Shown: in pieces, positions 42,430 through 52,645 of the stretch | Numbering within the stretch: the stretch's first letter is position 1 | Layout: every line of letters begins with the position of its first letter | Source: Acidimicrobiaceae bacterium | GTDB taxonomy: Bacteria > Actinomycetota > Acidimicrobiia > Acidimicrobiales > Bog-793 | DNA: 64,000 nucleotides | Direction of reading: 5' to 3' | NCBI GenBank assembly: GCA_025464005.1 | Contig: JAODBO010000062.1 | Span: 4,519 to 68,518, forward strand | Position numbers and translations under genes: made by a program | Notes under the pieces: generated by a model | The model's database searches: none | The model's input: the letters and a program-made list of their open reading frames with translations, nothing else | What the model was told of the DNA's origin: nothing

Positions 42430-44277
42430 TCACTCGACCGTGACGACCTTGGCGAGATTGCGCGGGCGGTCGACGTCGTTGCCTCGGGCGCGCGCCACCG
42501 TGTAGGCGAAGCTCTGCAGCGGCACGACGTTGACGACCGGGGAGCACAGCTCGATGACGCTCGGCACTTCGAGCACGGCGTCGACGAGCCCCGCTGTCTC
42601 GTCGTCGCCCTCGTCGGCCACGGCCACGACGGATGCGCCACGGGCGCGCATCTCTTCAACGTTGCCCATCACCTTCTCCCACAGCGACGAGCGCGTCGCT
42701 ATCACCACGACGACCGCGCCGGGCTCGATCAGCGATATCGGCCCGTGCTTCATCTCTCCGGCCGGGTAGGCCTCGGCGCGGACGTACGCGAGCTCCTTGA
42801 GCTTCAGTGCGCCCTCGAGCGCCACGGGGAAGCCCGTGCGGCGCCCGAGGAAGTAGAAGTCCTCGACTTCGGCGAAGCGCTCGGCGACCGCGGCGAACTC
42901 GTCGGCGCGCGCGAGCGTGGCCTGCAGGGCGTCCGGAAGCGACAAGAGCGCGCCCGCGATCCCTGCCAGCTCGTCCCCGGCGAGTGCTCCCCTCACCCGA
43001 GCGAGGTGCAGCGCGAACGTTTCGAGCATCGCGAGCTGGGCCAGGTGACATTTCGTCGAGGCGACGCCGATCTCGGGGCCGGCCCGGGTGTAGAGCACGC
43101 CGTCGGCCTCTCGCGACATGACCGAGTCCACGACATTTGTGAGGGCGACGACCCGCGCGCCCCGGCGGCGGGCCTCGCGCATCGCGTGCAAGGTGTCGAC
43201 GGTCTCGCCCGACTGGCTGATGACGACGACGAGGGTCCCGTCGTCGAGCACGGGCTGGCGGTAGCGGAACTCGCTCGCGACCTCCGCCTCAGCCGCCACG
43301 CCTGCCCATCGCTCGATCGCCTGGCGGGCGACGAGCCCGGCGTGGTAGCTAGAGCCGCACGCGACGAAGACGAGGCGGCGCACCGCACGTAGCTCCTCGT
43401 CGCTGAGCGCGAGCTCCTCGATCTCCGTGGATCCGTCGGAGCCGATGCGACCGAGCAGGGTGTCCCGCACCGCCTGGGGCTGCTCGTGGATCTCCTTCGA
43501 CATGAAGTCCGGATAGCCACCCTTCATGGCCCTCCGGACGCCCCAGGCGACCTCGATCCTCGTCGGCTCGACCCGGACGCCGTCGAGGTCGTAGACGACG
43601 ATCGCGCCCGGGCGCACCTCGGCGACCTGATCGTCGTCGAGCGCGTAGAGCTCCCTCGTCGTGGCGAGCGCTGCTGCCACGTCGGAGGCGACCACGCCGA
43701 CGGTCTCGGTCTTGCCGACGATGAGCGGCGATGTGCGGCGGGCGGCCACGAGCAGGTCCGGCTCAGCGGCGTGGACGGCGGCGATGGCGAAGTCGCCCCG
43801 CACGGCGCGAAGGCACCGCCGGACTGCCTCGCCGAGGCTCGCGCCGGCCTCGACCTCGTCCTCGATGAGGTGAGCCAGCACCTCGGTGTCGGTGGCCGAG
43901 GTCCTCTTGTGCCCGGTCGCGTCGAGCCGCGCCGCGAGGTCCCGGTAGTTCTCGATGATCCCGTTGTGCACGATCGCGACGCGACCGGTGCAGTCGATGT
44001 GGGGGTGCGCATTGGCGTCGGTAGGCGGCCCGTGGGTGGCCCAGCGCGTGTGCCCTACCCCCGCGCCCGGCGTCGCCGGGACCTCGTCGAGCCGGTCGCG
44101 TAGCCTCTGGATCGATCCGGCACGCTCCGCGGCCCGCGCTCGCCACAGGGTTCCCGCTTCCGGGTCGGCCACCACGATGCCCGCCGAGTCATAGCCGCGG
44201 TACTCGAGCAGCTCCAAGCCGGCGAGGAGCACCTCGCAAGCGTCAGGCGTGCCGGTGACGCCGATGATCCCGCACAT
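42430..44277 (-). CDS. glmS: Glutamine-fructose-6-phosphate aminotransferase
   Basis: MCGIIG, EYRGYDSAG, GHTRWATHG, SQSGET, PRNLAKVVTVE. Confidence 0.97.
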   Translation of the reverse strand: MCGIIGVTGTPDACEVLLAGLELLEYRGYDSAGIVVADPEAGTLWRARAAERAGSIQRLRDRLDEVPATPGAGVGHTRWATHGPPTDANAHPHIDCTGRVAIVHNGIIENYRDLAARLDATGHKRTSATDTEVLAHLIEDEVEAGASLGEAVRRCLRAVRGDFAIAAVHAAEPDLLVAARRTSPLIVGKTETVGVVASDVAAALATTRELYALDDDQVAEVRPGAIVVYDLDGVRVEPTRIEVAWGVRRAMKGGYPDFMSKEIHEQPQAVRDTLLGRIGSDGSTEIEELALSDEELRAVRRLVFVACGSSYHAGLVARQAIERWAGVAAEAEVASEFRYRQPVLDDGTLVVVISQSGETVDTLHAMREARRRGARVVALTNVVDSVMSREADGVLYTRAGPEIGVASTKCHLAQLAMLETFALHLARVRGALAGDELAGIAGALLSLPDALQATLARADEFAAVAERFAEVEDFYFLGRRTGFPVALEGALKLKELAYVRAEAYPAGEMKHGPISLIEPGAVVVVIATRSSLWEKVMGNVEEMRARGASVVAVADEGDDETAGLVDAVLEVPSVIELCSPVVNVVPLQSFAYTVARARGNDVDRPRNLAKVVTVE

Positions 44278-44324
44278 GGGCCCAGGCTACGGCCTCGAGC
44301 GCCCGCTGCGTGGAAGGACGGCGC

Positions 44325-45677
44325 TCAGCGCGCCCCGAGCTCCCGCCGGACGACTCTGACGAGGCGGTCCACGGCCGACTCAGCATGCTCGTGGCTCTCC
44401 GCTTCGACCATCACCCGGACGGCGGCCTCCGTGCCGCTCGCACGGAGCAGGACTCTTCCGGACGCGCCGAGCGCCTGCTCGACAGCGGTGACCTCTGCCC
44501 ACACGGCTGCGGCGGAGCCGAGGCGACCGGGCTCGGCGACGCGGACGTTGCGCAGCTCCTGCGGCAGCCGGGTCATCGCCGCGGCGGCCAGCTCGCGCAG
44601 CGGCCGACCGCTTCGCGCTACGAGCTCGAGCAGCTTCAGCGCCGTGAGGATGCCGTCACCCGTGGTCGCCTCCCTGCGAAACACGATGTGGCCGGACTGC
44701 TCCCCACCGAGCACGAACTGGCCGGCATCGAGGGCGTCGACGACGTGGCGGTCGCCGAGCGGCGTCTCGACCAGAGCGATGCCTCGCGGCTCGAGCGAGC
44801 GTCGCAGTCCGAGATTGCTCATCACGGTCGCGACGATCGTCCCGTTCTCGAGCAGGCCGCGCTCGTGAAGGTCGATGGCGAACAGCGCTAACAGCTGGTC
44901 GCCGTCGACGACCTCCCCGGCGTGGTCGAGCGCGATGAGCCGGTCGGCGTCGCCGTCGAAGCACAGGCCGACGTCCGCACCCTCTGCGACGATGCGCGCC
45001 GCGAGCTCTCCGGCGTGGGTCGAACCGCAGCGCTCGTTGATGTTGGTCCCGTTGGGCTGCGCGGCGACGATGACGGCGTCCACGCCGAGCCGCTCGAGCA
45101 CCCGCGGCGCGATCGGGCTTGCCGCTCCGTTGCCGCAGTCGCACACCACGCGCGCCCGGATGCCGGAGAGGTCCACGGAGCCGACGAGATGGTCGAGGTA
45201 GGCGTCGACGGCGTGTGGTTCGTCGACGATCTCACCCACGCCGGCCCCCGCCGGCACACCGCGGCCCGACTTGCCGATCGCCTCGAGGAGCACGGCGTCG
45301 AGCTCGTCCTCGACGGCGCGTTCCATGGCGTCGGGGAGCTTCGCCCCCCCAGGCGACAACAGCTTGATGCCGTTGTCGGTGAACGGGTTGTGCGACGCCG
45401 AGATCATGGCGCCCGGGGCGTGCCGGCTCGCTGCGAGCCACGCGAGTCCCGGCGTGGGCAGTACGCCGACGTCGACGACTCGCTTGCCCTCCGATGCGAG
45501 GCCGGCCGAGAGGGCGCCCTGGAGCATCGGTCCCGACCGGCGGGTGTCCCGGCCGACGAGGAACTCGACCCCGGGGAGATGGCGTGCCGCGGCTCGCCCG
45601 AGCGCGAGTGCCAGCTCCGGGGTCAGCTCTGCGTTGGCGACCCCACGGATGCCGTCGGTACCGAACCGCAGCACCAC
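44325..45677 (-). CDS. glmM: Phosphoglucosamine mutase
   Basis: FGTDGIRG, SASHNP, DGDADR, GGEQSGH. Confidence 0.96.
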   Translation of the reverse strand: MVLRFGTDGIRGVANAELTPELALALGRAAARHLPGVEFLVGRDTRRSGPMLQGALSAGLASEGKRVVDVGVLPTPGLAWLAASRHAPGAMISASHNPFTDNGIKLLSPGGAKLPDAMERAVEDELDAVLLEAIGKSGRGVPAGAGVGEIVDEPHAVDAYLDHLVGSVDLSGIRARVVCDCGNGAASPIAPRVLERLGVDAVIVAAQPNGTNINERCGSTHAGELAARIVAEGADVGLCFDGDADRLIALDHAGEVVDGDQLLALFAIDLHERGLLENGTIVATVMSNLGLRRSLEPRGIALVETPLGDRHVVDALDAGQFVLGGEQSGHIVFRREATTGDGILTALKLLELVARSGRPLRELAAAAMTRLPQELRNVRVAEPGRLGSAAAVWAEVTAVEQALGASGRVLLRASGTEAAVRVMVEAESHEHAESAVDRLVRVVRRELGAR

Positions 45678-45684
45678 GATGCGA

Positions 45685-46077
45685 TCAGCGCTTCGAGTAC
45701 TGCGGGGCCTTGCGCGCCTTCTTCAACCCGTACTTCTTGCTCTCCTTCTCACGTGCGTCGCGCGTGAGAAGCCCGGCGCGCTTGAGGCTCGTGCGTAGCT
45801 CGGGGTCGAGCTCGATGAGGCCCCTGGCGATCCCGAGACGCAGCGCGCCCGCCTGGCCCGACACACCGCCACCGTCGATCGTGGCGTCCACGTCGAAGTC
45901 CTCGGCGCGACCGGCGACCCGAAGGGCCTCGGTGGCGTGCACGCGGTGCGTCTCGGACGGGAAGTACTCGGCGATCGGACGCCGGTTGATCGTCACGACG
46001 CCACCGCCGGTGCGCAGGCGCACGCGTGCGACGGCGGCCTTGCGACGACCGGTGGTCTGGGTGAGCGGCTTGGCCAT
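45685..46077 (-). CDS. rpsI: 30S ribosomal protein S9
   Basis: TGRRKAAVARV, GGGVSGQAGA, KARKAPQYSKR. Confidence 0.98.
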   Translation of the reverse strand: MAKPLTQTTGRRKAAVARVRLRTGGGVVTINRRPIAEYFPSETHRVHATEALRVAGRAEDFDVDATIDGGGVSGQAGALRLGIARGLIELDPELRTSLKRAGLLTRDAREKESKKYGLKKARKAPQYSKR

Positions 46078-46089
46078 GCGATGAACCCC

Positions 46090-46539
46090 TTAGGACGCCC
46101 GACGCGCGTTCGCGATTGCGAGCGGCTTCGGGGACTGGGCGGAATGCGGATGCTCGGGGCCTGCATAGACCTTGAGCTTGGTGAACATCTGTCGGCCGAG
46201 CGTCCCGCGCGGAAGCATGCCGCGAACCGCACGGCGCACGACCTCCTCGGGGTTGTTCGTTAGCAGGTCCGCGTAGCTCGTCGAGCGGAGGCTGCCCGGG
46301 TAGCCGCTGTGCCGGTAGGCCATCTTCGTGTCGGCCTTGCCTGCAGTCATGACGATCTTCGCGGCATTGACGACGATGACGTGGTCGCCCGTGTCGAGGT
46401 GCGGGGCGAAGATCGGACGGTGCTTGCCGCGCAGCACGCGAGCGACCTCGGTGGCGAGGCGCCCGAGGACGAGGTCCTCTGCATCGACGACGTGCCAGGA
46501 GCGGACGATCTCGCTCGGCTTCGGGGAGTAGGTGCGCAC
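46090..46539 (-). CDS. rplM: 50S ribosomal protein L13
   Basis: GTG start, RTYSPKP, WHVVDA, LGRLA, HSGYPG, GMLP. Confidence 0.97.
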   Translation of the reverse strand: MRTYSPKPSEIVRSWHVVDAEDLVLGRLATEVARVLRGKHRPIFAPHLDTGDHVIVVNAAKIVMTAGKADTKMAYRHSGYPGSLRSTSYADLLTNNPEEVVRRAVRGMLPRGTLGRQMFTKLKVYAGPEHPHSAQSPKPLAIANARRAS

Positions 46540-46759
46540 TACAGGTCCTTTGCTCGCGCCAATCGACGCGGTGGTCACGTGTCGATGCGCGTCGCCCGCG
46601 CCGTGGGCCTGAACCTGCCAGGCGGCACCACAGCGGGCGCGCGCCCGGCGGACAAGATTAGAGGATCCGTCGTCTCTCGGCAAACTGCGACCCGCGCAGG
46701 TCCAGCGAGACCGCTACGTACGCTCGTGCGGCTCGGCAGCGGGCCGCACGACGTGCGGA

Positions 46760-47572
46760 TCAGCACCAGGTGCCGCCGAGCGCCTCGGGGTAGCGGACAG
46801 CGACGAGGCACAGCCCGCGCGGGGGTGCGATCGTCGGAGCGCCGTCGCGCCTTCCACTGTGCAGCAGCGTGACGAGGTCGCTCGGCCGGATCCGGCCCTG
46901 GCCCGCGGCGACGAGCGCCCCCACGAGCGAGCGCACCATCTGGTGACAGAACGAACCGGCCTCGATCTCGAATCGGAGCAGGCCGTCGCCGAGCAAGCTC
47001 CAACGTGCGTCGCTGACCCGGCGCGTGATCGGCCCTGTCGGGCGGTCCGGCGGTCGGCGGCAGAAGGCGCCGAAGTCGTGCTCGCCGAGGATCGGGTCCG
47101 TGGCGATCCTCAGCACAGCGAGGTCGAGTTCTCCACCGACGTGCCAGACGAAGTTGCGGCGGAGCGGATCGCCCCGCTCGCCCAGCTCCAGGTCGTAGCG
47201 GTAGCGACGCGCGGTGGCCGAGCGCCGGGCGTCGAAGCCGTCAGGTGCGACCACAGCGCGCCATACGACGATGCCGGGGCCGCAGAGGCTCGTGAGCGAG
47301 CGGGCGAGGCCCGGGATCTCGGTGCCGGGCTCTGAGCCGGTGGCGAAGCGAGCCTCGAGCACCGAGGCCTCGAGGTCGATGTGGACGACCTGCGCGAGCG
47401 CGTGCACGCCGGCGTCCGTCCGACCGGCACACGTGACCTGGACCTCGGCCCCCGCCACCTGGTCAACCGCCGCGACGATCGCACCGGCCACGGTGAGCTG
47501 GCCGGGCTGGGCAGCAAAGCCGTGAAAGCCGGAGCCGTCGTAGGCGACGCCGAGGGCGACGCGGATCGTCAG
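46760..47572 (-). CDS. truA: tRNA pseudouridine(38-40) synthase; probable CTG start
   Basis: [20 protein letters not shown] (upstream of the ORF-track start), [24 protein letters not shown]. Confidence 0.93.
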   Translation of the reverse strand: MTIRVALGVAYDGSGFHGFAAQPGQLTVAGAIVAAVDQVAGAEVQVTCAGRTDAGVHALAQVVHIDLEASVLEARFATGSEPGTEIPGLARSLTSLCGPGIVVWRAVVAPDGFDARRSATARRYRYDLELGERGDPLRRNFVWHVGGELDLAVLRIATDPILGEHDFGAFCRRPPDRPTGPITRRVSDARWSLLGDGLLRFEIEAGSFCHQMVRSLVGALVAAGQGRIRPSDLVTLLHSGRRDGAPTIAPPRGLCLVAVRYPEALGGTWC

Positions 47573-47922
47573 ACGAACTCGATCCGCGCCATCGGGGAGT
47601 TGTCGCCAGGACGTGGGCCGAGCTTCAAGATTCGCAGGTAGCCGCCCTGGCGGTCCACGTAGCGAGGCCCGATCTCGTCGAAGAGCTTGTGGGCCATGTC
47701 CTTGTCACGGATGAACGCGACGACCTGACGGTGGTTGTGCACGCCGCCGTCCCGGGCCTTCGTGATGAGCTTCTCGGCCACGGGGCGCAGCGCCTTGGCC
47801 TTGGCCTCGGTCGTCACGATCCCCTCGGCGGCGATGAGCGACGCGACAAGGTTGCCCATCATCGCCTTGTGGTGCGCGGCGCTGCCACCGAAGCGGCGGC
47901 CCTTCTTCGGAGCTCCTGGCAT
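47569..47922 (-). CDS. rplQ: 50S ribosomal protein L17
   Basis: [31 protein letters not shown]. Confidence 0.97.
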   Translation of the reverse strand: MPGAPKKGRRFGGSAAHHKAMMGNLVASLIAAEGIVTTEAKAKALRPVAEKLITKARDGGVHNHRQVVAFIRDKDMAHKLFDEIGPRYVDRQGGYLRILKLGPRPGDNSPMARIEFV

Positions 47923-48863
47923 CAGAACCCTTCCCCTGCGAGCGACAGGCCGCGCTCGTCGAGACGCTCGATGACCTCGTCGAGCGACTTCTGGCCGAAG
48001 TTCGTGATCGCGAGCAGGTCTGCGGCGGTGCGCTCGACGAGCTCGCCGATGGTGTTGACCTGGGCGCGCTTCAGGCAGTTGCGCGGGCGCTCGGAGAGGT
48101 CGAGGTCCTCGATCGGCTGGTCGAGGTCGGGCGAACCGCTCGTGGCCGTGCCGACGTCGCCGAGTTCGAGACCGCGGGCCTCCTCGGAGATGTCCGCGAC
48201 GAGTCCGACGAGCGCCCGGAGCGTCTGACCTGCGGAGGCCAGGGCGCCTCGGGCCGAGATCGAGCCGTCGGTCTCGACGTCGAGGATGAGGCGATCGAAG
48301 TCGGTGGACTGCTCGACTCGGGTCGGCTCGACCGAGAAGGTGACCCGGCGCACGGGGGAGAAGATCGCGTCGACGGGGATGACGCCGATCGTCGCGGAGC
48401 GCTTGTTGCGCTCCGCCGAGACGTAGCCCTTCCCGCGCTCGACGGTCACGTCCATCGCCAGTCTGCCCTTGGCGTTCACGGTCGCTATGTGCAGGTCGCG
48501 GTTGAGCACCGCCACGTCGGCGGTCGCCTTCAAGTCCGCACCCGTGACCTCGGCGGGTCCTCGCACGTCGACCCGCAGCGTGACGGCCTCGTCGGTGTCC
48601 ATCGTGAGCACGAGGTCCTTGAGGTTCAAGATGATGTCGCTGACGTCTTCCTTCACGCCCTGGAGGTAGGTGAACTCGTGAAGGGCGTCGTCGAAACGCA
48701 CCTGGGTGACGGCTGCGCCCGGGATGGACGAGAGCAGTGTCCTACGCAGGGAGTTCCCGATCGTGTGGCCGAAGCCGGGGTCGAGTGGTCCGATCGCGAA
48801 CCGCTGCCGGTTGCCCTCTTCCTCTCCGATCGCCTCGACCGTCGGCCGCTGGATGATCAACAT
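47922..48863 (-). CDS. rpoA: RNA polymerase alpha subunit
   Basis: [33 protein letters not shown]. Confidence 0.98.
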   Translation of the reverse strand: MLIIQRPTVEAIGEEEGNRQRFAIGPLDPGFGHTIGNSLRRTLLSSIPGAAVTQVRFDDALHEFTYLQGVKEDVSDIILNLKDLVLTMDTDEAVTLRVDVRGPAEVTGADLKATADVAVLNRDLHIATVNAKGRLAMDVTVERGKGYVSAERNKRSATIGVIPVDAIFSPVRRVTFSVEPTRVEQSTDFDRLILDVETDGSISARGALASAGQTLRALVGLVADISEEARGLELGDVGTATSGSPDLDQPIEDLDLSERPRNCLKRAQVNTIGELVERTAADLLAITNFGQKSLDEVIERLDERGLSLAGEGF

Positions 48864-49008
48864 CTTCTCGTCGCTCCTGTATCGTCCTCGCGCCCAAGTG
48901 GCATTCGCGCCCAAATGGCCTGTGTCCTCGTCGGCTTCACGCTCTCGCGCGTGCCGACGCGTCGTTGTCTATGCCCCCGACCGAGCCCCGCCCAGTCCTG
49001 CCCGGGTA

Positions 49009-49635
49009 CTACTTCGAGTAAAGCTCGACGATGAGCTGCTCGCGCACCTGCGTGTCGATCTGCTCTCGCTCGGGCACGGCACGCACTCGGACTGCGTTGC
49101 CTTCCTGTTCCACCTCGAGCCAGCCGGGCGGCGGCCGGTCGATCGTGTCGAGATTGTGACGAACGGTGATGTTGTCCCGCACCGAGCCCGCGAGCGCGAC
49201 GACGTCGCCGACCCGCACCCGATAGCTCGGGATGGTCACGCGGCGGCCGTTGACCGTCACGTGCCCGTGGCTGACGAGCTGGCGAGCCTGGTTGCGGCTC
49301 GTGCCCCAGAGGGCGCGGAACGCGATGTTGTCCAGGCGCAGCTCGAGCATGCGGAGCAGGTTCTCGCCGGTGATCCCGCTCTGGCGACTCGCCTCCTGGT
49401 AGAGGTTGCGGAACTGCCGCTCGAGCACGCCGTAGATGCGACGGGCCTTCTGCTTCTCACGCAGCTGTGCGAGGTACTCCGAGCCCTGGCGCGTCCGGTC
49501 GCGGCCGTGCTCTCCTGGCGGGTACGGACGCTTCTCGAAGGGACAGGCGGTGCTCTCGCACTTCGGTCCCTTCAGGAACAGCTTGACCTTCTCCCGACGG
49601 CAGAGCCTGCACGCCGGTCCCGTGTAGCGGGCCAT
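49009..49635 (-). CDS. rpsD: 30S ribosomal protein S4 (Zn-ribbon form)
   Basis: MARYTGPACRLCRRE...KC...C, LREKQK, LIVELYSK. Confidence 0.98.
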   Translation of the reverse strand: MARYTGPACRLCRREKVKLFLKGPKCESTACPFEKRPYPPGEHGRDRTRQGSEYLAQLREKQKARRIYGVLERQFRNLYQEASRQSGITGENLLRMLELRLDNIAFRALWGTSRNQARQLVSHGHVTVNGRRVTIPSYRVRVGDVVALAGSVRDNITVRHNLDTIDRPPPGWLEVEQEGNAVRVRAVPEREQIDTQVREQLIVELYSK

Positions 49636-49654
49636 CTCTCTCCTCCGTCGTCCG

Positions 49655-50056
49655 CTAAACCCGGCGCCGCTTCTTGGGGCGGCAGCCGTTGTGCGGAATG
49701 GGTGTCACGTCCTTGATGCCGGTGACCTCGATGCCGACCGCGGACAGCGAGCGGATCGCCGTCTCGCGTCCCGAGCCCGGTCCACGCACGAGCACGTCGA
49801 CGCGGCGAACGCCGTGCTCCATGGCTCGGCGTGCGCACTGCTCAGCTGCCATCTGCGCGGCGAACGGGGTCGACTTGCGAGACCCCTTGAAGCCGACGTT
49901 GCCGGCCGAAGCCCAGGCGATGACGTTGCCCTCGTGGTCGGTGATGGAGACGATCGTGTTGTTGAACGAGCTCTTCACGTGAGCGACGCCATGGACGACG
50001 TTCTTGCGTTCGCGCTTGCGGGGTCGACGACCCCCAGGCTTCGTGGGCTTTGCCAT
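49655..50056 (-). CDS. rpsK: 30S ribosomal protein S11
   Basis: [28 protein letters not shown]. Confidence 0.98.
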   Translation of the reverse strand: MAKPTKPGGRRPRKRERKNVVHGVAHVKSSFNNTIVSITDHEGNVIAWASAGNVGFKGSRKSTPFAAQMAAEQCARRAMEHGVRRVDVLVRGPGSGRETAIRSLSAVGIEVTGIKDVTPIPHNGCRPKKRRRV

Positions 50057-50153
50057 CAGCGGTCGCCCTCCTGGGCTCGAGGTGAGATGTGGTGCACGCC
50101 GACAAGCAGCTCGAACCGGCGGTGAGTGGTAGTGGTGGTCGTGGTGTCCCGCA

Positions 50154-50534
50154 TCAGTGCTTGCGCACCTTCTTCTTGCCGGCGACCGTCTTCTTCGGGC
50201 CCTTGCGCGTCCGTGCGTTGGTGTGCGTCCGCTGGCCGCGCACCGGCAGCCCGCGGCGGTGCCGCACGCCCTGGTAGGAGCCGATCTCCATCTTCCGCTT
50301 GATGTCCTGGGCGACGTCGCGCCGCAGGTCACCCTCGACCTTGAGGTGCTGGTCGACGTAGGCCCTGAGCCGCGCGACCTCCTCTTCGGTGAGGTCACGC
50401 ACGCGGGTGTCGACGCTCACCTCGGCGGCCGCGCAGACCTGCTGCGAGGTCGTGCGGCCGATGCCGTAGATGTAGGTGAGCGCGATCTCGAGCCGCTTCT
50501 CGCGGGGGATGTCGACGCCGGAGATTCGTGCCAT
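50154..50534 (-). CDS. rpsM: 30S ribosomal protein S13
   Basis: [28 protein letters not shown]. Confidence 0.98.
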   Translation of the reverse strand: MARISGVDIPREKRLEIALTYIYGIGRTTSQQVCAAAEVSVDTRVRDLTEEEVARLRAYVDQHLKVEGDLRRDVAQDIKRKMEIGSYQGVRHRRGLPVRGQRTHTNARTRKGPKKTVAGKKKVRKH

Positions 50535-50538
50535 ATCG

Positions 50539-50652
50539 CTAGCCCTGCCTCTGCTTGTGCTTAGGGTTCTCGCAGATCACCATCACGCGTCCGTGGCGGC
50601 GGATGACCTTGCACTTCTCGCACATCGCCTTGACGCTCGGTTTTACCTTCAC
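50539..50652 (-). CDS. rpmJ: 50S ribosomal protein L36 (absent from the ORF track)
   Basis: Translated by hand: [37 protein letters not shown]. Confidence 0.97.
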   Translation of the reverse strand: MKVKPSVKAMCEKCKVIRRHGRVMVICENPKHKQRQG

Positions 50653-50778
50653 CGCACCTGTCCCCTGCCTAGTTCCCTGCCTGCCGCCGGCACGTCCGTC
50701 TGGACTGCCACCGGACGCCGCCTGCGGGCCGCTCGGTCACCGGCGCTGGACGATCCCGCCCAACCCGATGGCCACGAC

Positions 50779-51003
50779 CTACTTGTACCTGTACGTAATC
50801 CGCCCACGACTCAGGTCGTAGGGAGTGATCTCGACCTGGACACGGTCTCCTGGGAGGATCCGGATGCGGTGCATGCGCATCTTCCCCGAGCTGTGCGCGA
50901 GCACCTTGTGGCCGTTCTCGAGCTCGACGCGGAACATCGCGTTCGGCAGCGGCTCGACGACCGTGCCCTCGAGCACGATCGCATCCTCCTTCGGCTTGGG
51001 CAG
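50779..51003 (-). CDS. infA: Translation initiation factor IF-1; probable CTG start
   Basis: AGGAGG-TCGAC-CTG CCC AAG CCG AAG GAG GAT GCG ATC..., [24 protein letters not shown]. Confidence 0.95.
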   Translation of the reverse strand: MPKPKEDAIVLEGTVVEPLPNAMFRVELENGHKVLAHSSGKMRMHRIRILPGDRVQVEITPYDLSRGRITYRYK

Positions 51004-51227
51004 GTCGACCTCCTCATAGAATCCCTGTGGTACTGCCCGGGGCCTCGCGCACCGGCCCGCCGACGCATTGGCGACAGCCTTCCGGTGCGGCGGAGAACGC
51101 CCCGCGCTGTCCTGGCCTCGATCCCGCTCGGCTGCTTACGCTGCTGGCGCGGGACACGCGACTGGACGGCCTCGGGGCTCGTGGTCCCGAGGCGAAGAGT
51201 GATATTAGCAGCTCGCCGTGGTCACGG

Positions 51228-51968
51228 TCACGGGGCGGTCAGCACCTCCGGACCGTCCTCGGTGACGGCGATCGTGTGCTCGAAATGCGCGGAGAGCTCG
51301 CCGTCGGCGGTGATCACGCTCCAGCCGTCATCGAGCTCGATCGTATCGTAGGTCCCCACGTTCACCATCGGTTCGACCGCGAAGACGTTGCCGACCTTGA
51401 GCTTGGGGCCAGGACTGCCCGGCCAGTAGTTGGGGACCTGGGGCTCCTCGTGCATCGCCGTCCCGATCGCGTGGCCCACGTACTTGCGCACCACGGCGAA
51501 GCCGGCGGCCTCGGCGGTCTGTTGGACAGCCCGGCCGATGTCGTGGAGGCGGTTCCCCGCGTGCATCTGGTCGATACCGGCCCAAAGCGATCGTTCGGTG
51601 ACCTCGACGAGCTTGCGGGCGACCGCGCTGACCTCACCGACGGGGACCGTGTACGCGGCGTCGCCGTGATAGCCCTCGATGATCGCTCCGCAGTCGACGG
51701 AAAGGATGTCCCCCTCCTGGATGACGTAGCCGCCCGGGATCCCGTGCACGATCATCTCGTTGGGAGATGTGCAGATCACCCCGGGGAAGCCGTGGTAGTT
51801 CAAGAAGTTCGACCTCGCCCCGCGGCGTTCGATGACCTCGCGGGCGACAGCGTCGACGTCGAGCGTGGTGACGCCGGGGCGTACGGCTGCCCGCGTCTTC
51901 TCGATGATCTCCGCGACCACCCTGCCGGCTTTGCGCATCTTCGCTATCTCGTCGGCGGACCGGATCAT
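51228..51968 (-). CDS. map: Methionine aminopeptidase type I
   Basis: VHGIPG, VDCG...GYHGD, GHAIG...HEEP, EPM, SAHFEHT. Confidence 0.96.
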   Translation of the reverse strand: MIRSADEIAKMRKAGRVVAEIIEKTRAAVRPGVTTLDVDAVAREVIERRGARSNFLNYHGFPGVICTSPNEMIVHGIPGGYVIQEGDILSVDCGAIIEGYHGDAAYTVPVGEVSAVARKLVEVTERSLWAGIDQMHAGNRLHDIGRAVQQTAEAAGFAVVRKYVGHAIGTAMHEEPQVPNYWPGSPGPKLKVGNVFAVEPMVNVGTYDTIELDDGWSVITADGELSAHFEHTIAVTEDGPEVLTAP

Positions 51969-52645
51969 GACCACGCCCCCGCCCGAGGCTGGCGGCGCTC
52001 GTCGACGGCCTTGACGAGCCGGTCGGACACGGCATCCGCCGGTCCGTCGCCGCGAACGGCGGCAAGCTTGCCGGTCTTGCGGAAACGGGAAATGAGTGGC
52101 GCCGTCTGCTTCTCGTACAGGTCCAACCGTCGCTTGATCGCCGCCTCCGTGTCGTCCTCGCGCTGGACGACCTCCCCGCCGCAGATGTCGCAGATCCAGC
52201 CGACGCGAGGCGGGGTGCCGACCGAGTAGTTCTCCCCGCAGTCGATGCAGACGCGGCGGCTCGCGAGGCGCCGGAGCACGATGTGGGTGGAGACCACGAG
52301 ATTCAGCACGATGTCGAGACCGGCCGGCGCGAGCAGCTCGTCGAGCAGGTCGGCCTGGTTGACCGTCCGGGGAAAGCCGTCGAGCACGAAGCCGCGCTCC
52401 TTGGTGTCGTCCTGGTCGAGGCGGTCGCCCACCATCTTCATGAGCACCTCGTCGGGTACGAGCTCGCCTGAGTCCATGTAGCGCCGCGCCTCCTCGCCGA
52501 GCGGTGTGCGCTTCTTCACCGCGGCGCGCAGCATGTCGCCCGTCGCGATGTGCGGGATGACGTAGTGGCGCGAAAGACGGACGCACTGCGTCCCCTTCCC
52601 CGCCCCCTGCTTTCCGAGGACGATCAGCCGCGCACCAGGTACCAC
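51965..52645 (-). CDS. adk: Adenylate kinase with Zn-binding lid
   Basis: GKQGAGKGTQ, GELVPD, LDGFPRT, CIDC...CDIC. Confidence 0.96.
   Translation of the reverse strand: MVPGARLIVLGKQGAGKGTQCVRLSRHYVIPHIATGDMLRAAVKKRTPLGEEARRYMDSGELVPDEVLMKMVGDRLDQDDTKERGFVLDGFPRTVNQADLLDELLAPAGLDIVLNLVVSTHIVLRRLASRRVCIDCGENYSVGTPPRVGWICDICGGEVVQREDDTEAAIKRRLDLYEKQTAPLISRFRKTGKLAAVRGDGPADAVSDRLVKAVDERRQPRAGAWS

Noticed and set aside
44278-44324. glmS ribozyme
   Set aside because: The gap is only 47 bp and a -10 box sits 6 nt before the ATG, so there is no room.
50057-50153. His-rich stretch (HHDHHYH) in frame with rpsK as a histidine leader peptide
   Set aside because: It has no start codon of its own, rpsK has a strong AGGAGG-ATG, and it is better explained as an intergenic CAC/ACC-rich tract.
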